Below are positions 10,268 through 21,432 of a stretch of 64,000 bases of DNA, in pieces. This DNA is from Patescibacteria group bacterium (lineage in GTDB: Bacteria; Patescibacteriota; Microgenomatia; UBA1406; GWC2-37-13). The DNA lies in the NCBI GenBank assembly GCA_026004455.1, contig BPJE01000002.1:5207-69206 (forward strand), in the 5' to 3' direction. A program made the position numbers and the translations under genes. Each line of letters begins with the position of its first letter. The stretch's first letter is position 1. The notes under the pieces were generated by a model. That model saw only the letters and a program-made list of their open reading frames with translations. It did no database searches and was not told where the DNA came from.

Positions 10268-11476
10268 ATGTCAACTAAAATCACCCCTCAAACCCTTAAA
10301 GGTTTTCGTGATTTTCTGCCTGATCAAGCCATCAAAAGAAACTGGCTTATTAATAAACTAAAAAATATTTTTGAAAAATATGGTTTTGATCCATTGGAGA
10401 CGCCTGCTCTTGAATATGCCTCAACTTTGCTTGGTAAATACGGTCAAGAAGCAGACAAACTACTTTATTTATTTGAGGACCATGGCAAAAGAAAGGTTGG
10501 ACTTCGTTATGATCAAACTGTTCCTTTAGCCCGGATTATCTCTCAATATCAAAATATAACAAAACCATTTAAAAGATATCAAATTCAACCAGTTTGGAGG
10601 GCAGAAAATACTCAAAAAGGCCGTTACCGAGAGTTTTTACAATGCGATATTGACATTGTTGGTGAAAAAAGTCTTTATGCTGATTTTGAGATTATTGATC
10701 TCGTATTAAAATCATTTAAATCATTAGGCTTTAAAAAAACAAAAGTTCTTATCAATGATAGAAAAAATTTCCAAAATATTAACAATAAATTTATAAACTC
10801 AATTGATAAACTGCCAAAAATTGGCGAGAAAAAGGTAATTGAAGAACTTATAAAAAAAGGATTAGAAAAAGATAAAGCTCAATCCCTTTTAAATGAGATA
10901 AAAAATAAGAAAAAAACTTTTGATATTGAAAAACTTTTTTCTCTTCTTAAAAATCAGGGCTATCAAGAAAATATTGATTTTATCTATCTGCCAACATTAG
11001 CTCGTGGTCTTGATTATTATACTGGACTAATATTTGAGGTTATTGATGAAGATTATCAAGCTGGTTCTCTTGGTGGAGGCGGTCGTTATGATAATCTAAT
11101 TGGTCTTTTTACTGGTCAAGACATGCCTGCAGTTGGTTTTGCTTTTGGATTTGATCGGATAATTGAAGCAGCAGAAAGCTTAAATCTTTTACCTAATATA
11201 AAAACTAACACTCAGGTCCTTGTGACAATTTTTTCTCCTGATCTTGCGAAAATATCGCTTAAAATTGCTGAATTTTTAAGAAAAAACAACATCAATACTG
11301 AAGTTTATCTAAATGAAGAAGCAAAACTTGATAAACAATTAAAATACGCCAACAAAAAAAACATTCCTTATGTAATTATCATTGGTCCTGAAGAAGCTGA
11401 AAAAAATCTTATGAAGCTAAAAAATATGAAAACAGGTGAGCAAAAACTTATTAAAAAAGGAACAGTCCCTTTTTAA
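10268..11476 (+). CDS. hisS: Histidine--tRNA ligase
   Basis: LRYDQTVP, GRYREF.Q, RGLDYYTG, GGGRYD. Confidence 0.98.
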   Translation: MSTKITPQTLKGFRDFLPDQAIKRNWLINKLKNIFEKYGFDPLETPALEYASTLLGKYGQEADKLLYLFEDHGKRKVGLRYDQTVPLARIISQYQNITKPFKRYQIQPVWRAENTQKGRYREFLQCDIDIVGEKSLYADFEIIDLVLKSFKSLGFKKTKVLINDRKNFQNINNKFINSIDKLPKIGEKKVIEELIKKGLEKDKAQSLLNEIKNKKKTFDIEKLFSLLKNQGYQENIDFIYLPTLARGLDYYTGLIFEVIDEDYQAGSLGGGGRYDNLIGLFTGQDMPAVGFAFGFDRIIEAAESLNLLPNIKTNTQVLVTIFSPDLAKISLKIAEFLRKNNINTEVYLNEEAKLDKQLKYANKKNIPYVIIIGPEEAEKNLMKLKNMKTGEQKLIKKGTVPF

Positions 11477-11544
11477 AAAGGGACTGTCCCTAATAAATTT
11501 AAAAATAAAGGACAGAACCTTTTTTTAAAAAAAATTCTGTCCTT
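11458..11544. repeat. Two adjacent palindromes: a GGAACAGTCCC/GGGACTGTCCC variant overlapping the hisS end, and a family A copy at 11508-11544
   Basis: Direct reading; the variant encodes the hisS tail GTVPF-stop. Confidence 0.9.
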
Positions 11545-11563
11545 ATAATATAAAATAAATAAT

Positions 11564-12253
11564 ATGCAAATTAATCCTAATACTGTCATTATCGAAGCTT
11601 TACCAGGTGTTGGAGGAGACGAGTCCAAACTTTGGATGAAGGAACTTCTTCTTTCATATATCCGTTTTGCTGAAAAAAAAGGTTTTAAGTTTGTTTATCT
11701 TGATGACAATATTGTTAAAATCACTGGTGAAAATGCTTTTGATTATTTTAAAAATGAAACTGGTGTTCATCGAGTCCAAAGAATTCCTCAAACTGAAAGA
11801 AAAGGCCGAATTCATACCTCAACCTGTATTATTGTCGTTTTACCAGAAATAATCCAATCTGATATTCGTATTAATCCATCCGATTTAGAATGGCAGTTTT
11901 TTCGATCAGGTGGACATGGCGGCCAAAATGTCAATAAAGTCGCCACCGCAGTTCGTCTAATTCACAAACCAACTGGCATTGTCACCACTGCCTCTCGCGA
12001 GCGCTATCAAGAAGCCAATCGAAAAATTGCCTATAATCTTTTAGTTTCAAAACTTTATCAACTTGAAGAAGAAAAAAGAAAAGGAATTACTAACTCATTT
12101 GTTAAAAATGTCGGTACTGGCGATCGTTCAGAAAAAATTCGCACTTATAATTTTCCTCAAAATCGTTTAACTGACCACCGCACCGGCAAAAGCTTTCACA
12201 ATCTTGAGGATATTATTGAAGAAGGGGAGTGGGAAAAAGTGTTTAACAATTAA
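11564..12253 (+). CDS. prfA: Class I release factor, RF1-type, lacking N-terminal domain 1
   Basis: [10 protein letters not shown] (PxT motif), [27 protein letters not shown]; only 229 aa. Confidence 0.88.
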   Translation: MQINPNTVIIEALPGVGGDESKLWMKELLLSYIRFAEKKGFKFVYLDDNIVKITGENAFDYFKNETGVHRVQRIPQTERKGRIHTSTCIIVVLPEIIQSDIRINPSDLEWQFFRSGGHGGQNVNKVATAVRLIHKPTGIVTTASRERYQEANRKIAYNLLVSKLYQLEEEKRKGITNSFVKNVGTGDRSEKIRTYNFPQNRLTDHRTGKSFHNLEDIIEEGEWEKVFNN

Positions 12254-12260
12254 AATCCTC

Positions 12261-12332
12261 CAATCCGACCTACGCGGTCGCCTTTAGATTATTAGGACAA
12301 TACAAAAATTAACAAAAATGACTAATTTTAAA
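12261..12332 (+). repeat. 72-bp dispersed repeat; inverted copy at 43962-44033
   Basis: CAATCCGACCTACGCGGTCGCCTTT.. closely matches the reverse complement of 43962-44033. Confidence 0.9.
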
Positions 12333-12346
12333 TTAACCTAATTATT

Positions 12347-12384
12347 AAGGACAGAACCTTTTTGAAAAAAAAGGTTCTGTCCTT
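12347..12384. repeat. REP-like palindrome family A
   Basis: AAGGACAGAACCTTTTT..AAAAAGGTTCTGTCCTT. Confidence 0.95.
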
Positions 12385-12454
12385 TTTAATAATAAATAAA
12401 CAAATAATAAATTTTTAATCAATAATAAATATTCAATAATTCAATAAATTAATT

Positions 12455-12483
12455 GTAGAGACAAGGCAATGCCATGTCTTTAC
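12455..12483. repeat. GTAG-type REP-like palindrome
   Basis: GTAGAGACAAGGCAATGCCATGTCTTTAC. Confidence 0.75.
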
Positions 12484-12500
12484 AAATTTTATTTTTTATT

Positions 12501-12713
12501 GTCATGTTGAACTTGGTTCAGCATCTCTATTATTTTTTTATGAGATCCTGAAACAAGTTCAGGATGACAGTGAGATCCTTAAATAAAATCAGGATGACAC
12601 TTAGAATGAGATCCTGAAATCATGCCTAAGACGGCAGGCACAGCAAGTTCGGTATAACAGATAGTAAAATCCTGAAACCATATAACAGCTAATAAGGGAA
12701 GTTTAGGATGACA
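12501..12713. repeat. Cluster of about five GTCATCCTGAACTTGTTTCAGGATCTC-like units
   Basis: One forward copy (12501) and four reverse copies (12542, 12572, 12608, 12668); the last two have inserts in the loop. Confidence 0.85.
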
Positions 12714-13009
12714 TTTTTTCCTTAATATTTTATTTAAAATTTTCTCGCGATCGTGACATTTTTTTAAATAAGAATAATAATTTAGATTAATTTAATGTGA
12801 TAAATTAAAGTAATAAATTGTTAAGTTTTTGTTTTTTTTAATTTATATTCTTAAATCAACACAAACTCTTTCCTCAATCATCGAAAAATGAAACGATCGC
12901 ATCATTTTTTGATGATGGTTAAATATTTTTTGTTGTTTTAGCAATCTAAAATAAAGATAATGATTTTTTTATAATTTTGACTTTTGAATTTTGACTTTTG
13001 AATTTCTTT

Positions 13010-13038
13010 TTGACATTTATCTTTTTCTTCTGTATAAT
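13010..13038 (+). promoter_or_regulatory. Consensus sigma70 promoter of rpmE
   Basis: TTGACA-17nt-TATAAT; ATG 9 nt downstream. Confidence 0.85.
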
Positions 13039-13047
13039 AATTTTCTT

Positions 13048-13344
13048 ATGAAAGCCAATATTCATCCAAAATTTTACGACGATGCGACTGTTGTTTGCGC
13101 TTGTGGTAATACTTTCACCATTGGCTCAACCAAACAATCAATTACTGTTGAGGTCTGTAATAAATGTCATCCTTTTTATACTGGTGAGCAAAGATTTTTA
13201 GATACCAAAGGTCGAGTTGACAGCTTCCAGAAAAAACAACAATTTGCAGCCATTTATCAACAACAACTCAAATCAAAAAAATCTAATAAACAAAAAGAAG
13301 AAAAACAAACAAAATCTTTACGTGAACTTTTAATGCAAGTATGA
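13048..13344 (+). CDS. rpmE: 50S ribosomal protein L31
   Basis: [27 protein letters not shown]. Confidence 0.97.
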   Translation: MKANIHPKFYDDATVVCACGNTFTIGSTKQSITVEVCNKCHPFYTGEQRFLDTKGRVDSFQKKQQFAAIYQQQLKSKKSNKQKEEKQTKSLRELLMQV

Positions 13345-13362
13345 TATAATTAAATTTATATA

Positions 13363-13421
13363 ACCTAAGACCCGGGCTTGTCGACAACGACAGTAAGAAA
13401 TTATAAATTTCCCGGCGAGGT
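13363..13421 (+). promoter_or_regulatory. L10 ribosomal protein leader RNA
   Basis: ACCTAAGAC-CCGGG...CCCGG-CGAGGT kink-turn architecture directly upstream of rplJ; TGaTATAAT at 13342-13350. Confidence 0.8.
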
Positions 13422-13429
13422 AAAATCAT

Positions 13430-13969
13430 ATGGTAAGTCAAAAAAAAATTGAACAGGTAAAAAAATTAAGCGATGTTTTAAATCAAAAAGAAAATTTTCT
13501 CCTTGTCAAATTTGAAAAAACTACTCACCAAGCTCTTGAAACTTTAAGAAAACAACTAAAAAAAACTAATACTAGTTTTAAAGTTATTAAAAACACTCTT
13601 TTTGAAAAAGCTGTTAATCTCAATAGTCAAAAAAATGAACTTCTAGCCTCTCTTAAAAAAAACTTTTTTCCTTTAAAAGAAAACTCTGCTCTTGTTACCT
13701 TTGACAAAGATTGGTCAGAAGGATTAAAAGTCCTTTTTGACTTTATTAAAAAAGATAAAACTATTAATTTTAAATTTGGTATTCTTGATAAATCTGTTTA
13801 TCATTCAGCTCAACTTGAACAAATTGCTAAACTTCCAGGAAGAAATGAGTTATTAACAAAAATTATTGGTAGCCTCAAAGCACCAATGAATAAATTAGTC
13901 TATAGCTTAAAATACAATACTAATAAATTAGTATATATCTTAAAAGAAAAATCACAAGTTAAAAATTGA
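13430..13969 (+). CDS. rplJ: 50S ribosomal protein L10
   Basis: LRKQL, VIKNTL, AKLPGRNELL; precedes rplL. Confidence 0.95.
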   Translation: MVSQKKIEQVKKLSDVLNQKENFLLVKFEKTTHQALETLRKQLKKTNTSFKVIKNTLFEKAVNLNSQKNELLASLKKNFFPLKENSALVTFDKDWSEGLKVLFDFIKKDKTINFKFGILDKSVYHSAQLEQIAKLPGRNELLTKIIGSLKAPMNKLVYSLKYNTNKLVYILKEKSQVKN

Positions 13970-14005
13970 TGTTATTTTTAAAAATCAAAAGGAGGTGAGA
14001 AAAAA

Positions 14006-14407
14006 ATGACTGAAGTAAAATTAAGCGAAAAATTACAAAAAATTGCGACAGATCTTGAAAATTTAACCACTCTTGAAATGGCAGAATTAGCCAAATATTT
14101 AGAAGAAAAATTTGGCGTTTCTGCTATGCCAGTTGCTGCGGTTGCTGCTCCAGCTGCACCTCAAACTCAAGAAGCCTCACCACAAGAGGAAAAATCAACA
14201 TTTACTGTTGTTTTAACTGATGCTGGAGCTAATAAACTTGCAGTAATTAAAGCAGTTCGAGAGATATTACCAAATTTAGGATTAATGGATGCAAAAAAAT
14301 TAGTTGAAAGTGCTCCACAAGAGCTTTTAAAAGATGTTAAAAAAGAAGCAGCTGAAGATGCTAAGAAAAAAATCGAAGCTGCTGGAGGAAAAGTGGATTT
14401 GAAGTAA
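14006..14407 (+). CDS. rplL: 50S ribosomal protein L7/L12
   Basis: [35 protein letters not shown]. Confidence 0.98.
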   Translation: MTEVKLSEKLQKIATDLENLTTLEMAELAKYLEEKFGVSAMPVAAVAAPAAPQTQEASPQEEKSTFTVVLTDAGANKLAVIKAVREILPNLGLMDAKKLVESAPQELLKDVKKEAAEDAKKKIEAAGGKVDLK

Positions 14408-14499
14408 TACTTCAAATCCATATTGAACCAAAATATTTTTTTAAAGTTTCAGATTCTTTTATGAATCTGAAACTGGTTCAATATGATTTTGAAGATATT
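14407..14499. terminator. Long imperfect hairpin between rplL and gyrB
   Basis: CATATTGAACC..AGTTTCAGATTC pairs with GAATCTGAAACT-GGTTCAATATG. Confidence 0.55.
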
Positions 14500-14513
14500 T
14501 TAATCTATAATAA

Positions 14514-16448
<1,935 letters not shown>

Positions 16449-16449
16449 T

Positions 16450-16494
16450 AGGTTCTGTCCTTACTAAAGACAGAACCTTAAAGGACCGTCCCTT
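16450..16494. repeat. Family A half-units in inverse order plus an AAGGACCGTCCCTT unit
   Basis: AGGTTCTGTCCTT..AAAGACAGAACCTT-AAAGGACCGTCCCTT. Confidence 0.85.
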
Positions 16495-16521
16495 AAGTTG
16501 TTATAAATTTTATAAAAAACT

Positions 16522-17034
16522 ATGAATATCCAACAAATATCTGCCGGAAAAAATCCGCCTGAGGAGGTCAATGTATTTGTTGAGATTCCTCAAGGTTCAT
16601 CAATTAAATATGAATTAGATAAAGAATCAGGAGTAGTTATGGTTGATAGATTTGCTTATACCGCAATGTTTTACCCATTTAACTATGGATTTATTCCCAA
16701 TACTTTAGCTGAAGATGGCGATCCTGTTGATATTTTAGTGATCTCATCTTATCCTGTTCATCCAGGTGTTGTTATTCCAGCTCGACCAATTGGTATGCTT
16801 GAGATGAAAGATGAAGCAGGAATTGACACAAAAATTTTAGCCGTCCCAACAAAAAAAGTTGATCCGTTTTATGCTTATATCAATGATATTTCTGATTTAG
16901 ATGAAACAACAAAAGAAAAAATCAAACATTTTTTTAATCATTATAAAGAACTTGAGCCAGGTAAATGGGTAAAAACAAAAAACTTTTTAGCCAAAGACAA
17001 AGCCTATGAAGCGATTAAAAAAGCATTGAAATAA
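16522..17034 (+). CDS. ppa: Inorganic pyrophosphatase, family I
   Basis: [31 protein letters not shown]. Confidence 0.97.
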   Translation: MNIQQISAGKNPPEEVNVFVEIPQGSSIKYELDKESGVVMVDRFAYTAMFYPFNYGFIPNTLAEDGDPVDILVISSYPVHPGVVIPARPIGMLEMKDEAGIDTKILAVPTKKVDPFYAYINDISDLDETTKEKIKHFFNHYKELEPGKWVKTKNFLAKDKAYEAIKKALK

Positions 17035-17077
17035 GTGTTATTAGTCTTATAAGTCTTATTAGTCTTATTAGTCCAAT

Positions 17078-19546
17078 ATGTCTAATATCCAACAAACTGA
17101 AATCACCGCTGAGATGAAACGAGCGTATTTAGATTACGCAATGAGTGTTATTGTCTCAAGAGCTTTGCCTGATGTTCGCGACGGCCTAAAACCAGTTCAT
17201 CGACGAATTCTTTATGCGATGTATAAGATGGGGTTGACCTCATCAGCTCGTTTTGCAAAATCAGCTAAAGTTGTTGGTGAGGTACTGGGTAAATATCATC
17301 CTCATGGTGATGCGCCCGTTTATGAAGCCCTTGCTCGTCTCGCTCAAGATTTTTCCATGCGATATCCTTTAATTAAAGGTCAAGGCAACTTTGGCTCAAT
17401 TGACGGCGATCCTCCAGCAGCTATGCGTTATACTGAAGCAAAATTAGCCAAAATCAGTGACGAAATGCTTTCTGATATTGAAAAAGAAACTGTTGACTGG
17501 ATTGATAATTTTGACGGATCATTAAAAGAACCAGTCTTTCTTCCAGCTAAACTACCTAATCTTCTTCTAATGGGTGCTGAAGGTATTGCAGTTGGTATGG
17601 CAACAAAGATCCCGCCTCATAATTTAAACGAGTTAGTTGACGCTTTAGTCTTAATGATTGATAAAGCAAAAAAAGATGATACTAATCCATCAAACATTAT
17701 TTTCAATGTCGAACTAGATGAGCTTTTAGAGCATATCAAAGGCCCTGATTTTCCAACTGGCGGGATAATTTACGGCGCCTCCGATATAAAACAAGCCTAT
17801 CTAACAGGCAGAAGCTCAATTTTAGTTCGAGCCAAAGTCGAAGATGAAGATTTTGGTCATGGAAAAACTGCAATCATTGTCAAAGAACTTCCTTATCAAG
17901 TCAATAAAGCCAATCTCGTTGAAAAAATCGCTCATTTAGTCGCTGATAAAAAAATCATCGGTATTGCTGATCTTCGTGATGAATCTGATCGAGACGGAGT
18001 AAGAATTGTGATTGAGCTTAAAAGAGATGCTTCTTATAAAAAAGTCTTAAACAATCTTTTTAAATATACAGAACTCCAAACCTCATTTCCTGTCAATATG
18101 GTGGCTTTGGTTGATGGCGTGCCACAAACTTTATCTTTAAAATCAATCTTAGAGATCTATCTTCGCCACCGAATAAACATTGTCACCAAAAGAAGCGAGT
18201 ACGAGCTTAAACAAGCCAAAGCCCGAGCTCATATTTTAGAAGGATATCTGATTGCTTTGGACAATATTGATGAGATTGTTGAACTGATTAAAAAAGCTAA
18301 AGATGAAGCTGATGCAAAAACAAAATTAGTCACTCACTTTAAACTTTCGCCAATTCAAGCCCAGGCTATCCTTGATATGCAGCTTAAAAGACTAACCGGT
18401 CTTGAAAGAACAAAAATAGAGGATGAATTATCTCTTTTAAAAGAAACGATTGAGTATTTAGAAGCATTACTTAAAGATGTTTTTAAAATCTTAAAAGTGA
18501 TAAAAGATGAGCTTTTATATCTAAAAAATAAATACGGCGATGAAAGAAAAACTCAAGTTATTAAGTCCAAACCAGGCGAGATAAGCGATGAGATGTTGAT
18601 TGAAAACAAAGAGGTAATTGTTGTTTTGACAAAAGAAGGCTATATCAAACAAGTACCAAAAGAATCATTTAGAGTCCAAAACCGTGGCGGAAAAGGCGTC
18701 ACTGGCATGGAGACAAAAGAGTCAGACAATGTCTACTTTATCACCACCGCAATGACTCATGACTATATGCTCTTTTTCACTAATTTTGGCCGAGTCTTTC
18801 AAAATCGTGTCTGGGATATTCCTGCTGGATCACGCACTTCAAAAGGTAAGGCGGTTGTTAATCTAATCTCTTTAAAACCTGAAGAAAAAATCACTTCAAT
18901 CTTAACATACAACTCAGAATTAGCTAAAAATGCTGAAAAAATGTTTGTGGTGATGACAACTAAACTTGGCACGGTCAAAAAAACCCAGTTTAGTGAATAC
19001 ACCAATATTCGCTCAAATGGTATTATCGCGATTAAATTAGAAAAAAATGATGAACTTTTGTGGGTAAAACTTACAGATGGCAATAAAAATGTTATTTTAG
19101 TCTCTCAACAAGGCAAAGCCATTGTTTTTAAAGAAAAAGAGATTAGACCAACTGGTCGATCCTCAATAGGTGTTAAAGGTATGGAGCTTGATAATGGCAA
19201 CTATATTATTGCTGCTGATGTTTTTGGAGATGATGAGTTTAAAAAAGATATCTTGGTCGTTGGTGAAAAAGGCATTGGTAAAAAAACTCAACTTTCTAAT
19301 TTCAAAGGTCAACATCGAGGCGGAAAAGGAGTAAAAATCGCCTCAATTGATGATAAGATTGGTCATATTGCTTTAGCTTTTATTATCCAACCTGAAGATG
19401 AAACTTTAATCATCACCTCAGCTATGGGTCAAGTCGTCAAAATTCCTTTAAACTCAATCCCATCTCGATCCCGTACTGCCAAAGGAGTAATCTTAATGAG
19501 ATTTTCTGATAAATCTGATCGGGTTGTCAGCGCCACAGCTGTGTGA
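17078..19546 (+). CDS. gyrA: DNA gyrase subunit A
   Basis: YHPHGD, AAMRYTE, GyrA box QNRGGKG. Confidence 0.98.
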   Translation: MSNIQQTEITAEMKRAYLDYAMSVIVSRALPDVRDGLKPVHRRILYAMYKMGLTSSARFAKSAKVVGEVLGKYHPHGDAPVYEALARLAQDFSMRYPLIKGQGNFGSIDGDPPAAMRYTEAKLAKISDEMLSDIEKETVDWIDNFDGSLKEPVFLPAKLPNLLLMGAEGIAVGMATKIPPHNLNELVDALVLMIDKAKKDDTNPSNIIFNVELDELLEHIKGPDFPTGGIIYGASDIKQAYLTGRSSILVRAKVEDEDFGHGKTAIIVKELPYQVNKANLVEKIAHLVADKKIIGIADLRDESDRDGVRIVIELKRDASYKKVLNNLFKYTELQTSFPVNMVALVDGVPQTLSLKSILEIYLRHRINIVTKRSEYELKQAKARAHILEGYLIALDNIDEIVELIKKAKDEADAKTKLVTHFKLSPIQAQAILDMQLKRLTGLERTKIEDELSLLKETIEYLEALLKDVFKILKVIKDELLYLKNKYGDERKTQVIKSKPGEISDEMLIENKEVIVVLTKEGYIKQVPKESFRVQNRGGKGVTGMETKESDNVYFITTAMTHDYMLFFTNFGRVFQNRVWDIPAGSRTSKGKAVVNLISLKPEEKITSILTYNSELAKNAEKMFVVMTTKLGTVKKTQFSEYTNIRSNGIIAIKLEKNDELLWVKLTDGNKNVILVSQQGKAIVFKEKEIRPTGRSSIGVKGMELDNGNYIIAADVFGDDEFKKDILVVGEKGIGKKTQLSNFKGQHRGGKGVKIASIDDKIGHIALAFIIQPEDETLIITSAMGQVVKIPLNSIPSRSRTAKGVILMRFSDKSDRVVSATAV

Positions 19547-19559
19547 TATAATTATATTA

Positions 19560-20332
19560 ATGAAACTCTCTTTAAACAATTTATTTTCTTTTTTTGAAAC
19601 CGTCTTAAAAAAAACTCTTAAAAAACAAAAAAATAAGCTCATTTTAACAATATTTACCTTTAAAAATCAGCAAAAAAAATCAAACCTCGCTTAAATTAAA
19701 AGAAAAAATCGCTAAAAAATTAGGAATAAAACTTAATATTATTGATTTTCAAAAAACTCCAAATTTTATTAGCTTTGCCAAAAACATTAAAAAAGAAGCT
19801 GAAAAAAAAAGAAGTTACAGGCATAATTATTGAAAAACCAATTCCAGCCCAACTAATGACTGATAGTTTATACAACTATATCCCTAAAGAAAAAGAAATA
19901 GAAGGATTAAGATTAAAAGCATTAGTTTTACCTCCTCAGGGATTAGCTATTTTAACAATGATTAAGTATTTTTTAACTGGAAAAATTAATGACAAAATTA
20001 TTATTGATCCAAAAAAAGATGTTAATTTTTGGAAAAAAACATTGAAAAATAAAAAAATTGTTCTTTTAGGTCGAGATGAAATTTATGCAAAACCAATTAC
20101 CAAGGTCTTTCAAGAATTTAAAATCAATCATTTAAACATTGATCTAAATATCAAATCAACTGAGGAATATTTACAACAAGCAGACATCATTATCAATACC
20201 AGCGATAAATCTTTAGAAAATTACTCTCTTAAACCAAATAGCTTTATTATTCACTATTCATCCCTTAACACTTCTCTTGAACCTTTGGTAGTGTATTATT
20301 TGTTTAAGAATATGGTTGGGGTAAATAAATAA
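19560..20332 (+). CDS. Divergent FolD-like protein; two +1 A-run frameshifts near 19675 and 19805
   Basis: Repaired reading: ..KEKIAKKLGI..VTGIIIEKPIP..IPKEKEIEG..VLLGR..QQADIII. Confidence 0.6.
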
Positions 20333-20456
20333 AATTCAAAATGCAAAAGTCAAATCTGCCAGCTGGCGGACAAAATGAAAATTCAAAATTCAAAATTTAA
20401 AAAAACTTTTTAATTTTAACTTATACTTTTGACTTTTGAATTTTAACTTTTGAATT
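20333..20456 (+). mobile_element. ~110-bp heptamer-built MITE-like element carrying a 16-bp palindrome insert
   Basis: AATTCAAAA...TTTTGAATT termini; similar to copies at 23336, 25652 and 62582. Confidence 0.7.
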
Positions 20457-20493
20457 ATTTTTTTAGTGTTAGACGTTAGATGTTAAGTATTAG

Positions 20494-21429
20494 ATGATTA
20501 TAATCACTGGCCAAACTGCAACCGGTAAAACTGCTCTTGCTTTAGAATACGCTAAAAAATATAAAGGCGAACTGGTTAACTTTGACTCTCGCCAAATTTA
20601 CAAATATTTAGATATTATTACTGGAAAGGATTTACCAGCGAAAACGGGTGTTTCGAGCGAAGGGCTCCCGACTGGCCGCAGGCGATTTTTCCAGCCTGCC
20701 GCTGGTCGCCGAGCACAGTCGGGATTACGCTCGAAACAGGACCCGTTTTCGGTATGGTTATATGACATAGTGACTCCTGATCAATATTTTTCATCATTTG
20801 AATATGTAAAAATAGCTCAAAAAGTAATAAAAGATATCAAATTACGAGGCAAAACTCCAATTTTAGTTGGCGGCACATACTTTTATCTTAAACATCTTCT
20901 TTATGGATTTGATTATCAAGTTCCGCCTGATTTTATCTTAAGAGAAAAATTAAATCAAAAATCAGTCGCAGAACTTCAAAAAATAATCCAAGAACTTGAT
21001 CCAGAAATTAAGCAAAAAATGAATCAAAGCGACTGGCAAAATCCAAGAAGACTAATAAGAAAAATCGAAATCCTTAAAAACCAAGGACAGAACCTTTCAG
21101 GTTCTGTCCTTTTAAAGACCGTCCCTGATCTTTTTATTGGCTTAAAACACAAAAACAAAGAACATCTTTATCAAGCAATAAAAACCAGAGTAGAGAAAAG
21201 ATTAAAACAAGGAGCAATTAAAGAAGTAGAAAAAATCTTAAAAATGGGCTATAAAAAAACTGATCCTGGTCTAAATACCATTGGTTACAAACAAATTATT
21301 GATTATCTTGAAGGAAATATCACTAAAGATCAAGCGATTGAAAAATGGATTACCGCCGAGGTTCAATACGCCAAACGTCAATATACTTTTATGAAGAAAG
21401 ACAAGAATATAAAATGGATTGAAATATAA
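20494..21429 (+). CDS. miaA: tRNA dimethylallyltransferase with two in-frame palindromic inserts
   Basis: GQTATGKT, DSRQIY, GGTYFY, IGYKQ, YAKRQ. Confidence 0.95.
   Translation: MIIITGQTATGKTALALEYAKKYKGELVNFDSRQIYKYLDIITGKDLPAKTGVSSEGLPTGRRRFFQPAAGRRAQSGLRSKQDPFSVWLYDIVTPDQYFSSFEYVKIAQKVIKDIKLRGKTPILVGGTYFYLKHLLYGFDYQVPPDFILREKLNQKSVAELQKIIQELDPEIKQKMNQSDWQNPRRLIRKIEILKNQGQNLSGSVLLKTVPDLFIGLKHKNKEHLYQAIKTRVEKRLKQGAIKEVEKILKMGYKKTDPGLNTIGYKQIIDYLEGNITKDQAIEKWITAEVQYAKRQYTFMKKDKNIKWIEI
20639..20751. repeat. GC-rich 113-nt inverted repeat in frame in miaA
   Basis: CGAAAACGGGT/GTTTCGAGCG/TCCCGACTG pair with CAGTCGGGA/CGCTCGAAAC/ACCCGTTTTCG. Confidence 0.9.
21083..21126 (+). repeat. Family A short-loop subtype in frame in miaA (QGQNLSGSVLLKTVP)
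   Basis: AAGGACAGAACCTTTCAGGTTCTGTCCTTTTAAAGACCGTCCCT. Confidence 0.95.
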
Positions 21430-21432
21430 TTT

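Noticed and set aside
11564..12253. PrfH or ArfB rescue factor
   Set aside because: It has the RF1 PxT motif and RF1-type C-terminal motifs, lies next to rpmE, and has no rtcB neighbour.
12501..12713. Possible CRISPR array
   Set aside because: Units are degenerate, in mixed orientation, abut with 2-13 nt gaps rather than 30-40 nt spacers, and no cas genes are present.
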